DNA of 63,049 nucleotides, the filler included, from Octopus bimaculoides (taxonomy: Eukaryota), in the NCBI RefSeq assembly GCF_001194135.2. It is 4 parts of 4 records of this genome, joined end to end, with 100 filler letters (N's around TTAATTAATTAA, not from the genome) between each part and the next. Parts side by side here need not be neighbours in the genome. Positions count along the whole stretch, not along the records: positions 1 to 28,787 come from NC_068981.1; 3 more parts are not named here. One strand, written 5' to 3'. Under the pieces are notes generated by a model, which was given only the letters and a program-made list of their open reading frames with translations, did no database searches and was not told the origin of the DNA. The position numbers and the translations under genes were made by a program. Shown here in pieces: positions 1 to 13,691 of the stretch (the first letter of the stretch is position 1; the number at the start of each line of letters is the position of its first letter).

Positions 1-894
1 ATATATATATACGCGTATTTGTATGTTTTTCTCCAAGTGATCTTAAGTGTATGCATGCGCGTGAAAATGCATATACTTATAAAAATAATCTTTCACTTAT
101 TCTTTTATTTTTTGTCATCCATTTACAAGTAACTATAAGTATGACGGCATCTATTGCATGTCAGTGGAAATCACTAAACCTATAGGCAACCACTTACAGG
201 CTAATAATGACAGGCTGAATAATCGAACCAAGTGAAACCAAGTTTATGAAACGAGATAATTTTTGAAACGTAACCTGATGCACCATAACCAGTTCTGTAG
301 TATCTCACTCGCGAGGGATTGGTGCGAGATGAGTCGCAGCGATCGTTGTAATTAATAAAGAATTCCATTTTGTGTTTCTATCACCTTATATATATATATA
401 TNNNNNNNNNNNNNNNNNNNNNNNNNNNNNNNNNNNNNNNNNNNNNNNNNNNNNNNNNNNNNNNNNNNNNNNNNNNNNNNNNNNNNNNNNNNNNNNNNNN
501 NNNNNNNNNNNNNNNNNNNNNNNNNNNNNNNNNNNNNNNNNNNNNNNNNNNNNNNNNNNNNNNNNNNNNNNNNNNNNNNNNNNNNNNNNNNNNNNNNNNN
601 NNNNNNNNNNNNNNNNNNNNNNNNNNNNNNNNNNNNNNNNNNNNNNNNNNNNNNNNNNNNNNNNNNNNNNNNNNNNNNNNNNNNNNNNNNNNNNNNNNNN
701 NNNNNNNNNNNNNNNNNNNNNNNNNNNNNNNNNNNNNNNNNNNNNNNNNNNNNNNNNNNNNNNNNNNNNNNNNNNNNNNNNNNNNNNNNNNNNNNNNNNN
801 NNNNNNNNNNNNNNNNNNNNNNNNNNNNNNNNNNNNNNNNNNNNNNNNNNNNNNNNNNNNNNNNNNNNNNNNNNNNNNNNNNNNNNNNNNNNNN

Positions 895-1131
895 NTGTGT
901 GTGTGTTTGTGTGAGTTGTGCGTGTGTGTTTGTGCAAGTGCGTATTCCCGCTGAGCCAGTAGCAATAGAATGTTTCCGTAACACGGCGTTTCGGCAAGAG
1001 AAACCGACCGAATAAGTACCAGATTTTTTAAAATCTAAAAATAAGTACTTGAATCGATTTGTCCGATTAAACCTTCCAAATAGGTACCTAAACATTGTCG
1101 CAGCCCAACGACTGGAACAACTAAAAGAAAT
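895..1131 (+). mobile_element. SINE family A, 3' half (diverged)
   Basis: After a (TG)n run: ...cggcgtttcggcaagagaaaccgaccgaataagtacc...aatcgatttgtccgatt...actggaacaactaaaagaaat, homologous to the 3' halves at 8030-8250, 25520-25730 and 46393-46600. Confidence 0.75.
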
Positions 1132-1229
1132 ATGTTATGTCCAGAACATAGGATGACCTGGGGTTTTACAGAATTTTCCCATATATGTGCTTTTTAACTT
1201 GGTGTATACACGCGTGTGAGGACACAAAT

Positions 1230-1812
1230 ACAGAAACACACGCACGCACAGACACAGGCACACACGCACGCACGTACAAGAGCATGTACACACGTTCAAA
1301 TGCAGTTAATCTGCTCACACACGCCTCGATTAATAGCGTAATCACACAAATATAGTGTTATCATGAACATTTTCACACTTTGAGGCATACATATACTCAT
1401 ATCAATACACACGCATACATCTTCCCTCTCACACTCGCATCAGTTAATGGTACGCTCACACACACGTAGTTATACATTAAAGATCTTTACACTTTTATGC
1501 ACATATCTACACTCACGTAAACATACACAGCATACACAACGTAAACATAAACAACATACACAATCATACGTACACTAATTCACGCACATAACTCAATGCA
1601 CAACAGAATTCAATAAATGCCGAACAACTCTGTTTATCTTCCACAGTCTTGAAATTCCATTGCTGTATTCCTCATATGGTTTCTCTCTTTTCACGCTTTC
1701 TTTCACAAACTTCTCTCTCAGAGTTCCTCACTTGTTTATTCATTCTTCAGGCACAATCTTTTTCCCTCTCTTCAGTTCATTCACTCACACTCTCTCTCAC
1801 TGATATATCTAT

Positions 1813-1857
<45 letters not shown>

Positions 1858-2190
1858 TACACACACACACGCATACACACTCACACACACGCACACACAC
1901 GCACACGTATAAATACTTATGTGTATATACATACATGTCTGTCTAGAAGAATAAGAGAAATAGATACGTGTCCGTGATCATACATAGCGCTCTCTCAAGT
2001 GTGTTCTTATCTTTATAGAATTACACACGAAGATGCACACACACAAACACACACACACACACACGCACACACGCACGTGCGCGCACACACACAGACACAC
2101 GCACAGTAAAGTACCGCGCGTCTTTAGTTAAATATATTAACGTGTGTACGCGTGTGTGTCAGTATGTATGCGTGTGTAACGTGTGTGCGT
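1230..2190. repeat. Degenerate (CA)n/(CACG)n microsatellite field
   Basis: Long CA-rich runs read directly; they explain the THTHTH-type ORFs. Confidence 0.9.
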
Positions 2191-2987
2191 ATATGCGAGA
2201 CTATTTTTATTGAATAATATTTTCATCAGACGAGGAGAGTTAGAGTAGTGTCCATCGAATTTGAAGTCCCTCTCTGGGCTAATGGAGATCAATACAGTTA
2301 ATAATGTTCAGCTTGAATTTGTATTCGGTCGTATTTTGTAGAAATGCGTAGGTGGAATTCCACAATGATGCAGTTTGCTCTGGGTAAAAAATAATTCAGA
2401 AAGTAACTAAGTGATGGATCTCTGAGTGATGGAGGGTAATAAGTAACTGGCAAGTCGATTAGACTTAGATAGTGCGGTATAATTAACACGATGCGGCACT
2501 TTTGTGGTAGAAGCGCCAGAAAGAGAAAAGCTTTCAGTGAATTATAATGTAATCCATAAAGAAATTCATATATTTTCTTAAGCTCATGGAAAACTATGAT
2601 AAGGTCGGTATTTTAGATATTTATAATATTGAAAACATTAATAATTTAATTTTGTTTGATTTATGGAGCAGTATTAATAATGTGTTCTTTTGAGCGGACA
2701 CAAAAGCGATTTTTCCAGTAAAGATCACACTATCGATGAAATTGTTTTTAAAATATATGTTATTAAGAAGAGTCTTATAGAATAGAAGACTATGTGAAAT
2801 AATGTTTATTTTTGACAGCCATTTCTACAAGGAAGGAGAGAGTAGTACCTTGACTAGTTTCAAAGTAATTTAAGCCTAGGGGAGAAAGTCACTTTCGGTG
2901 CTGCTATCTGAATAACAGACATGAAGAACCAAAGGAAATGTAGTGCCCCCGTTAGACTTGCACAGAATGTGTGTGTAGGTGTGTGTG

Positions 2988-3049
<62 letters not shown>

Positions 3050-3499
3050 NNNNNNNNNNNNNNNNNNNNNNNNNNNNNNNNNNNNNNNNNNNNNNNNNNN
3101 NNNNNNNNNNNNNNNNNNNNNNNNNNNNNNNNNNNNNNNNNNNNNNNNNNNNNNNNNNNNNNNNNNNNNNNNNNNNNNNNNNNNNNNNNNNNNNNNNNNN
3201 NNNNNNNNNNNNNNNNNNNNNNNNNNNNNNNNNNNNNNNNNNNNNNNNNNNNNNNNNNNNNNNNNNNNNNNNNNNNNNNNNNNNNNNNNNNNNNNNNNNN
3301 NNNNNNNNNNNNNNNNNNNNNNNNNNNNNNNNNNNNNNNNNNNNNNNNNNNNNNNNNNNNNNNNNNNNNNNNNNNNNNNNNNNNNNNNNNNNNNNNNNNN
3401 NNNNNNNNNNNNNNNNNNNNNNNNNNNNNNNNNNNNNNNNNNNNNNNNNNNNNNNNNNNNNNNNNNNNNNNNNNNNNNNNNNNNNNNNNNNNNNNNNNN

Positions 3500-3537
<38 letters not shown>

Positions 3538-3541
<4 letters not shown>

Positions 3542-4765
3542 GTCATCCCATAAACAATGCGGTTTTTTCAGTGGCATGAACTAAAAGTTGGAGGGGTATG
3601 TAATAAATTACCTGCATCAACTTGCTCTGAAAGCACCTAGTAATCTTACCTTATTCTTAGTGCAATCTTTGAAGAATGCAGTTCGATTTTAACAGTTATT
3701 TTTCCAAAGCTATAATGGAAGTGACAAAGGAGCATATTCGGCATATTTTGCTTTATGAGTTCAATAAAGGCAACAACGCAACGGAAAGTGCGAGGAATAT
3801 TAATGTAGTATATGGGGATTGGACAATAAGCGTAAGCCATTGTCAACGGGGGTTTCAGCCTTGAAGACAAGCTTTGTCCTTGATGATCTACAGAGCTTGG
3901 TGAGGACGTCCTGCAAAGCCTGGTGGAACAAAATCTCATCTTTGAGGAACTAGCAGAGAAGCTTGGATTTGGATATTCAATCATTCGTCAATACCTGCGT
4001 GCCATTGGAAAAGTCAGCAAATTAGGTCAATGGGTTCCTCATGAACTTACCGAATGTAATTGCACGCAGAGAATGAATGTGTGCTCTTCTTTACTGTCAC
4101 GTCTCAAGAATGAACATTTTCTGGACCAAATAATGACTGGTGACGAGAAATGGGTTCTCTATAAATGTCTCAAGCGCTGAAGACAGTGGGTAGGGAAAGG
4201 TGAAAGATTGGCAACCCAGGCTAAAGAAGACTTCTCTCAGGGAAGATGTTGTTATCTGTTTTGTGGGATGTGAAAGGTTTAGTGCACCTTGATCTTTAAA
4301 CCTAAACCAAACGATAAGAAAAGAGATCTGCTGCGAGCAGCTTGAGCGGTTTAAGTCAGTGCTAGAATAAAAACTATCGTCTTTGGTTTCAAGACGACAG
4401 GTTTTCTTCCATCAGGATAATGCTCGACCACATTCCGTGAGGATGACTTTCGAAAGGCTGGATCAGTTTGAATGGGAAACGATGCCTTACCCACAATATT
4501 CGCCGGACATTGCCCCATCTGATAATCATTTATTCCGCAGTATCAAAATTATTTGGACAGAAAAAATATGAACCGTTTAGACGAAGTCAGAGCAGTACTA
4601 GAGGATTATTTTTCGTCAGGGACAAGTAAAGTTTGGAAGAGGGGACTTGCAAATCTACCTGGTAGATGGAAAAGCATTGTAGAAAAAAAAGGAGAGAACT
4701 TTATCTTAATTTTGAAAAATAAAAGTTGTAGAAAAATAAACCGTATTATATATGGGATGACCCAA
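3538..4765 (+). mobile_element. Full-length but inactive mariner (D,D34D) DNA transposon
   Basis: Imperfect TIRs ttgtgtcatcccataaacaatgcggttt (3538) and aaaccgtattatatatgggatgacccaa (ends 4765), flanked by TA at 3536-3537 and 4766-4767; 1228 bp; encodes the transposase pseudogene below. Confidence 0.95.
3715..4710 (+). pseudogene. Mariner transposase pseudogene (frameshifts and stops)
   Basis: MEVTKEHIRHILLYEFNKG (HTH), QWVPHEL, IMTGDEKWVLY (D1), FHQDNARPH (D2), YSPDIAPSDNHLF (D3; 34 residues after D2), split over ORFs 3676, 3923, 4383 and 4553. Confidence 0.93.
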
Positions 4766-5399
4766 TATATCATATGTGGAAGGGGCGATCAGTATTTTTT
4801 AAATTAAAATCTACTAATTGCATTAAAAACATTTTTAAACGAAGGAAGAATGACTCATAGTGTATGAAAAGAAGTTTTCTGAAAGAGTTAAAGACTTTTC
4901 AGTTTCCAGTCTCCGAGACGTTCGTGTTATTAGATTATCAATACAGAGATAATTGTTTTTAGTCGTGTTAACTGTTACGCTCCTCGTAGTTCAAAGTTTT
5001 CTTCCTTTCTTTTGAGCAGAGCGAATATTTTAAATTTTCCATTTTCACTAAAGTGAAAATGTTCACGAAAGGAATCTTTTGGAATACAAGACGTTTTGAT
5101 TTGTTGCTGATATACGCTAACTTGATCCGTTTTAGTCGATATAATTCTCATGCATGTTGTGATTGTGATGCAGTAAATGAGGCTCTGGTCCTACATTTAG
5201 GATATAAGAACAGAAGAAAACGAGGAAACTATTGTCAGAATAAACCTCTCACTTCAAAATTGGAAGCAGAAATCACCCATTGACTTCAAGTATCTAAATT
5301 CAATAACAAAATCGAAATACATGACGCCATATCGCAGACAGAAATCACCGAACAAACAAATGGTATGAAAATACACTAGAAAAATTATTAGATTTGTGA

Positions 5400-7990
5400 A
5401 AAGAAGAGAAGAAACGAAATGAAATAAAAGAGTAGTATTGAAAAATCTGTTGTTACGGGAATATTAAATCAATTATGGAGCATAATTTGTGAAAACTAAA
5501 AATGAAACATGAAAATCTTAAAAATACAGAATTTTGCAAGAAAAACAATATTACTCCTACTCTAATAATTTACAAGCTTAATCAAGAGATAATGAAAGAG
5601 TGACAACCCATAAATCCTCATATGCAAAAGTAACAAAAAGAAAAATTCAATAATTCATTCCCAGGCCAACTCATGTGCCATGATTAGAACAGAACAGATG
5701 AAAATAAACCGTCGACTAAAGAAAACGTATAAATCTACCAAAAACAAGACAGCATAGCAAGGAAGATGGTAGAACAATAATACTTGAGATATCAACTCAA
5801 AATTTTCCTGAAATAATAATAAAAAATATGATGAAAGGAAGGTCAGAAATGACTCACTGAACAAAATAAAAGAACTATTTTAGAAGGAGGAGTTTCAAAC
5901 AAAGAGGAAAGAAAACACCAATGATGCAAAGAAACGAGGAAATACTGAATCAACTGATCCAAAATTAATAAATTTATCTCAACGAAACTTCATAAACAAT
6001 GAAATCAAATTTGGGGTGTTTGCATTTAAATTCTCACTTATTCCAAAACACGACACAAATGATTTTATATGTGATGACGAGGAATTGTATAGAAAACTCC
6101 GTCCAAGGTAATTATTTCAGAACAATGATGACGAAAATGCATTACTTGTAATAAACAAGACGATATTGGCACCTCCAAGGAAGATGAACAAATACTTAGA
6201 GGCATACATAATGCGCCTGAAAGAATCAGCAAACACAAAAAATTCAGCAAATAGTGGAAACCAAATGAAGGGCAAAGTGATTTGAAATGTCTACAGAAAA
6301 CTTCTACTATAAAATAATGGGCCAGACGCATACAGGGAAACGTAAATACCAACATTTCTGCAAAAAATTAGAAACTAATGCAGATAAGCAAATACTGAGC
6401 GAAACTGGTGAAATCATGGGCAAATTCAAAAACAATTTTATGCAAAATGGGTTGGTTGACATAAGAAATTTTGATATAAAAATGGGTAAAATTTATTGAC
6501 TACCGGAAATTCGTAAGTATAAAACAAAATCATGAGCTTCAGGTAACTTTATCTTCATATGTAAAACTTCTTAACTGGCTGATATAAGGAATTACTGGAC
6601 ATAATTTCGAGACTGTTATTCAAATTGGTTCCCAGTCTCTTCAAAATGACATGGACTTCATGAGCCACATTATAGAAAGAGTAAATTTTGACCTGACCAC
6701 TATCTAGATAACTATTTTTCATGGATTAGGGCTAGAAGCAATCGAATACTGAACTGACAAATACTCACACAAAATTCAGGAGCGACTAACTACAAAGTTT
6801 ATACTAGAAGGATTATGATTGTTACTAAAAAACTGCATCTTTGATTACGAAAGTTGCCTACAAATAAGAGGGCGGCTAATGGGTACGAACGTTGTGCCAT
6901 ATTTGCAGCATCTATGATAGATTTCTTAAACTAAAACATCTATTTCAAAACTGAGTTTGCTTTTGATCAATATTTCCAATCTTATAAAACAACATGTTTT
7001 TAAACTAGAAAAGCTTCCTATATGAGTACTTCATATTTTAGAGAAGTAAAGCAGTCATTACATGAATGAGATTAATAACTAGCATTCTCCAAACTTCCAA
7101 ATCACTATGAAAATGAATGTAAGGTAACTACTTTCCTTGAATATTTTGGTAATTCAGACAGAAGAAACTGTCACAACAGACCTCTAATGCAAGAATATAT
7201 GGAAATACACCAACAGTTATATTTTAGATTTTGTCAAATAACCTATATCAAAATAAACATTTCATTTAACCTATATCAAAATAAACATTCCATTTAACGT
7301 GACAAAACAGATGAAAGAGAAAACTGATAGATATAAAAATACTATTCAAGAAAAATATCTGGAAAACTTAGCAAATTATACCGTAACTTATGGCAAAAGT
7401 GATCCTAATCTCTGTAAGAGAGAGATTAGGATCACTTTAAATCCTTAAAAGAAATGAACAAAAATAAGGCAAACCGTGGAATAGAATTCGGCACCAATTT
7501 ACAAACTTCAGAAAAATGAATAAAAAATTATAAATTAGTTATAGTCAACGACATCCTGCGAATCTTAACAAACTCTTATCACAAGACTCTTATCACAAGA
7601 AATAATGCACATAAAACGTGGAGAGCTTCATTGTAGGATATATAAATGAATACAACAGAGTAAAATCGAAAATTCAAGAAAGAGATTGAGCAAATGTTGA
7701 TGCAAATATGAAATGCGACAGAAAATCCTCCTATACTGCATTACATACTCATAATGCTGTCAGCTAAACATGATACAAATTAATACATATGGTTAGGGTA
7801 TATAAGATACAAATCAAAGATCTATCTCTTAGAAATGTTCCATATACTAAGCATCTCGACACTGTGGGAATGGAACATTCTTTATAGTCAATTTTCTTCA
7901 GAATAGGGGAAAGAATGATCAGCTTTGAATGGCAAAAGGAAAATATTTTATAAAAATACTACATCAGAAACTAACATGACATAGTTGACA
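5400..7990 (+). mobile_element. Highly decayed Penelope-like retroelement (RT + GIY-YIG); may extend 5' to ~4850
   Basis: Collinear PLE motifs across frames: LINLSQ...FKFSLIP (~5965-6050), GKIY*LPEIRK (~6485), HGLGLEAIEY* (~6720), LQIRG..MGTNVVP (~6858), HQQLYF.FC (~7205), ANMKC...LLYCIT (~7700), KENIFIK (~7935). Confidence 0.75.
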
Positions 7991-8029
7991 TCATAACTAA
8001 AAACAACTACCTCGATACCTTATTAGATT

Positions 8030-8654
8030 CTTTTCTTTTTTTCTTTTACTTGTTTCAGTCATTTGACTGCGGCCATACTGGAGCACCGCCTTTAGTCGAA
8101 TCAAATCGATCCCAGGACTTATTCTTTGTAAGCCTAGTACGTATTCTATCGGTCTCTTTTTGCCGAACCGCTAAGTTACGGGGACGTAAACACACCAGCA
8201 TCGGTTGTCAAGCGATATTAGGGGGACAAACACAGATACACAACATACACACNNNNNNNNNNNNNNNNNNNNNNNNNNNNNNNNNNNNNNNNNNNNNNNN
8301 NNNNNNNNNNNNNNNNNNNNNNNNNNNNNNNNNNNNNNNNNNNNNNNNNNNNNNNNNNNNNNNNNNNNNNNNNNNNNNNNNNNNNNNNNNNNNNNNNNNN
8401 NNNNNNNNNNNNNNNNNNNNNNNNNNNNNNNNNNNNNNNNNNNNNNNNNNNNNNNNNNNNNNNNNNNNNNNNNNNNNNNNNNNNNNNTATATATATACGA
8501 CGGGCTTCTTTCAGTTTCCGTCTACCAAATCCACTCACAAGGTTTTGGTCGGCTCGAGGCTATAGTAGAAGGCACTTGCCCAAGTTGCCACGCAGTGGGA
8601 CTGAACCCGGAACCATGTGGTTGGTAAGCAAGCTACTTACCACACAGCCACTCC
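8030..8654 (-). mobile_element. SINE family A, complete bipartite copy (tRNA-like head, internal microsatellite in gap, 3' half)
   Basis: Reverse complement reads ggagtggctgtgtggtaagtagcttg...ggttccgggttcagtcccactgcgtggcaacttgggcaagtg...gaaagaagcccgtcg(TA)n / ...gcttgacaaccgatg...gactaaaggcggtgctccag...gactgaaacaagtaaaag; A/B-box-like head. Confidence 0.9.
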
Positions 8655-9379
8655 AAAGCTGTAAACAGCGAAAAATGCTTCACACAGTGCAAAACATTCC
8701 TCCCATAATATTTATGTCATTCAGTTTTTCTAAGTCATCGAAACACTTAATGATTTTTAATTGAAGAAAATACCTCTTAAAACATTGTGTTTGTATTAAG
8801 ATTTTTTCTCAAAGCTAGATATGCTTTTGTGGTTAGGAATCTCGCCTCACAAGCAAATGATTCTGTATTCAGTCCCACTAAGCCAAATATTGGGCAAGCG
8901 TCTTTTAGTATAGGCTCATACTGACTAATGTCTCGTAAGCGGCAGATAGATTCACCCCCTGTGGGCTATTATCGAGAATCATGATCAAAGATGTTCCAGT
9001 CACGACCATGGATAACATTCTCCTATGTATCCGTTCATTAGACGGGAAGTTATGATTGGAAGGATAGTTGACTGCCATATCTAATAGGTCGAGCGACAGA
9101 GCAGAGATTCACTGATTGGCTCGTAATAACAATTAGCAATCATATATTATCGGCAAGTCAATTAATTATCACAACGAATTTTAACTGATTTAAATAATTG
9201 TTCATATGGCTCCTAGTGGGTAATAAAGAGATATAAATAATTGTTCATTTACCCCTCAAAGCTATAATCGCATTCAATATTGAAATCTTCCAGTCGTGAC
9301 AAATATGGTATGCTGCATTCTAAACATATTGTCTTTGGTTTAAAGAGAACGTCAGAAAGGCGCTATGTTTGCGTGTGTT

Positions 9380-9885
9380 CTTCATATCTTTACTGATATA
9401 AATGTAGTTACTGTTGCTTGTGTAGTTATTATGGTTGTTGATACTGTCTGTCCTGTATTTGTTGTGGATGTGATTGCTGTTACTGCGTAAGCCTTAATAT
9501 TGCTACCTCTGCTGCTGCTGTTCTTATTGCTGTTGTTGCTGCTGCTACTGTTGCTATTGATGATCATAATAATGATGCTGTTGTTGCTGCTATTGGACGT
9601 TGCTCTTGCAGTTGTTACACTTTTTGTCATCATGATTGCTACGATTCGTGTTGTTTACTGCTCATGTTGTTGTTATTGCTACTGTAGATTTTACTATACT
9701 GTTGTTATTATTGCAGTTGCTATCGCTGTGTTATTGACATTGCTGCTTTTGTTGCTGTAGTTGATTTTGTTGATGTAACTGTCATTTTTCTTGTTGTTGC
9801 AATTATTTTCATATTACTGTTGTCATGGGCATTGTTGTTATAGTTACTGTTGCTATTGTTACCGTCGTTGTCATTGCTTTTTATT
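9380..9885. repeat. Degenerate (GTT/GCT/ATT)n triplet field
   Basis: Read directly; source of the poly-L, poly-N and poly-T ORFs. Confidence 0.9.
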
Positions 9886-10466
9886 TTTATCCCTGATCGA
9901 ACCATGAACGGAAATAAATGCACGGGAAAAAAAAAACACAAACATTCCAGGAAAAAAAGCCAGTAAAAATGTCACTTTTTCCCAAAATACCACGAATAAT
10001 AGTTAATGTAATTAGACAAATAATATTTTAAGTAGTTTATTAGCTGACAATACATGACTTCTACACAATGACAACACAGTTTATATAACGGTATTACACG
10101 AATGTCAAAAGCAAAAACACAGTTTATTCAATATTCAAAGCGAAATCAGCGAAAGAAAAATGGAGGAAAAAATATATTACATAAAACATTTATTGCAATA
10201 CATGACATGCGCACGTTGAAAATATCTTACATAAAATCACATCACTACATGTAAATTCAGTATTTCAGTATTGAAGATTAAGGCGTGTATTTCAAACGAT
10301 GCCACGAAGAAATACAAAATATTGTAACGTGTGTAAATGATTATGTTCAATGTCACGAACGCTCAGCTCTTTCACATTGCACTTTATTCGTTATTTCTTA
10401 TTTACATACACAGACTGGAAAATGCACGAATATTCATGCTTCGTTCAAGAAAATATATCCATTTTG

Positions 10467-10515
<49 letters not shown>

Positions 10516-10540
10516 GCATCCATCCATCCATCCATCCATC

Positions 10541-10572
<32 letters not shown>

Positions 10573-10900
10573 CATGCATACATGTGTACATACATGCACA
10601 CACACATATAATATATATATAATATATACATACACAATAAATGACAGCACGTGTTAATGACTTTTTTTAGTGGTGAGACGATTCAGTGTCTATTTGTCAG
10701 CATGAAGGCTAGGAAAAATTATTTCTAAGCCCTTATCATAATTATATATATATNNNNNNNNNNNNNNNNNNNNNNNNNNNNNNNNNNNNNNNNNNNNNNN
10801 NNNNNNNNNNNNNNNNNNNNNNNNNNNNNNNNNNNNNNNNNNNNNNNNNNNNNNNNNNNNNNNNNNNNNNNNNNNNNNNNNNNNNNNNNNNNNNNNNNNN

Positions 10901-10960
<60 letters not shown>

Positions 10961-11389
10961 TGCGTATCTATGTGTGTGCATGGGTATGTATATCTTCTTT
11001 CCTTCTCTCGGATTCCTACCTATCACTAATCTATCACATATGTCTATTTATAGTAATTTGAATCCTTGTATTCTTCCCTCCACTTCAAATTTTGCTGCCA
11101 AAACTACTACTCACTCTGGTATCACCCCACCCATAACTTTTCTCTACCTTTTGTCTACCCATCCCTTAACAAAGCCATATCACCCCTACTCACATATTCC
11201 ATATTCTTTTACTGTTTACCTTCACATGTCTTCCTATCCCTCCGCCACACCTCTCCCACCATACTAGCACATTATCTTGACCACCAACTAACACACCTTT
11301 TCTCATTTCTTTTACCCCTTTCTTCATTTTTTTCAGTCTTTTCAGTTTTTACTTTTTTCTCTCTCCCCTTTTTTTCTCTCCCCAATTTT

Positions 11390-12064
11390 GCATTAAACTT
11401 GCATTAAACTTGAGATGCTTTAGCAAGCTTACGGAGACGAGCCAATACGTCGAACGCAATATTTCGAGTGGTACAGGCGCTTCGAAACCGAAAAAAAGAC
11501 CTCTCTTGAAGACGATGAGCGATCTGAAGATCTGCCACAAGCGTTACCCTTGTTAATGCACGACGTATTGTGCATCGAGAAGTAGTCCTCTAGGGCCAGA
11601 CCGTCAATCGAAAGTTCTACTGCAATGTTTTGGAGTGTTTTAGGGAGGAAATTTGGCGAAAGTAACCCTATTTGTGGAGCGCGAAGTAAAGGATTCTTCA
11701 CGACGACAATGCACTCTGTCATCGAGTTCTCTTTACTCGGAAATTTCACGTTAAAAACAACGTGCTATCGCTTCAGCGCCCGCCCTATTCGCCAGATTTA
11801 GCACTTGCGGACTTCTATGTCTTCTCCAAGATGAAAAGGCAGTTCAAATGTTACCGTTTTTGCACCGATGTTGAGATCCAGAGCGAATCACAGAAGGTCC
11901 TCAACTCAAGGAAAACAACTCCAGGCCTAATTCCAAAAGTGGAAGGAAAGTTGGGACCGGTGTATTGCTGTGCAAGGTGACTATTTCAAAGGAGATGATG
12001 TTAATACTTCGGTAAATATGTTTGTTCTTTTATTAAAGTTTGGGAACCTTTTGATGTCAACTCG
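11390..12064 (+). mobile_element. Internally deleted, 5'-truncated mariner of a second subfamily (irritans-like end)
   Basis: FCIKL..EML*QAYGDEP..RTQYFEWYRRF...SLEDDERS jumps directly to ..IVHRE..; then ILHDDNA and PPYSPDLALADF; right end tttgggaaccttttgatgtcaactcg followed by TA (12065-12066). Confidence 0.85.
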
Positions 12065-13627
12065 TAGTATTTTTTCTATGAAATAATATATTTTGGGGTA
12101 TTTTAATGAATTTGCCATTCCATTAATATGATAATAAGTAGCATTTATGGAAAACCCCTTACTTTCGCTTGCACAACCTCGTTGCTAGCGTTAGATTGAA
12201 GTCGTTTCACCTGTTTACTCTGTTCTCTGTTTCGAAGGAAGTAGTTTTTAATGATGCAGGTATGGTAGTTTCATTAACCCCGCAGGTTAGGATTCATCTT
12301 AGTGGGAGTTACTTTGAGCACTTGTCTGCTACTATTTCCTCAGGCCCACAATCTTGTGATTAAAATTAGATAGGCAAGAACAATCAAAGCTCATAGAAAA
12401 GATAATTTTTCATGTTTAGTATACCGAATCACCTGCCTGTTTATATAACTCTACCTTACGCTGACACACCTCTAACGAAGAATGCTCTGTAACAAATACT
12501 TCAAGCCAAACCACAGTCCTGAATTTTCCTTGCCTTTCTATGCCACAATTATCGAAGATCTTGAAAAATATCATGAATCCTACACTTTTCCTTCACTTAA
12601 GTGATAATTAATAAATATTGATTTTAAGAATGATATTGCTATAGTGATGATAATAGTAACAATACATTGATAATGTTGATATTGCTGCCGGAGCTTTAGC
12701 TGATGACAAGTTTTAATACGTAAATTACTTGGGACACCAGTGGTTAGTTGAACATCGAGTTGCGACCCTCATATCAATTATACAGTTGGAGGTGTGTTTA
12801 AGTGTGGTGGAGTGTGGTAGTTTTGTTATTGTTTTTCAACCACAGGTCATTTCTCTTCAATAAAATTAGGCTTTGTTAATAAGCCCCAGGCATTGTGGTG
12901 ACTTCAAAGGAGTGAAATGGACAAACGAATTTCAACTTTTTAAGACTCATAAGAGATCGCTTACTTTTGATGTCAAAATTGTCGAAAGAAAGTAGTTTAC
13001 TTTACAGAAGGAACATGAGAAAATCCTCATCCCAATTTTCTACCAAGATTCCCTCGGTTTAACAATGGGATATAAGTTCCACAGCGTTACTAATCATATC
13101 AAGTTTGAAATATGATATGCATTTATCACTTGATGTTAATCATCAAATATAGTTTTTCTTTTTAAGTTAGTAGGGTATGGTTTGAAGGTGGCTGTTATTT
13201 CTAGTATGCAAATGATTGCATAGAAACTTCCTCACTGGAAGCTATTGTTTTTCTTGTTAATGGCTTTATAATTTTTGCAAGTGTTTTTCATATTGCATGT
13301 ACTGTAAGCTATGGTCTATGATCTAAAGCGTTTCGTCTTTACGTTTGATGGTAGCAATGCAGCATTGTCTATGCAATGTTCTTCCTTTTTACGTCGTTTA
13401 ACATGAGGTCAGCCCTAAACGAGGAATAATAAAACGAACGGTTTACACCTGGTAGCTTACTGGAAAAGCACGGTCACTATCAGAGTGACCGTTACGTATA
13501 TAGCAAATGAAAGACAGAAGATGGAATATACGAGAATTTATTATTTATCACCCGAGAGAAATTGATGCTAGATATGTCGTGATTAATAATAAATTCTCGT
13601 ATATTTCATGTTCTATCTTTCATTTGC

Positions 13628-13691
<64 letters not shown>

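Noticed and set aside
130-375. LTR-like stretch with CpGs and AATAAA before the first gap
   Set aside because: No clear TG...CA boundaries, TSD or second copy.
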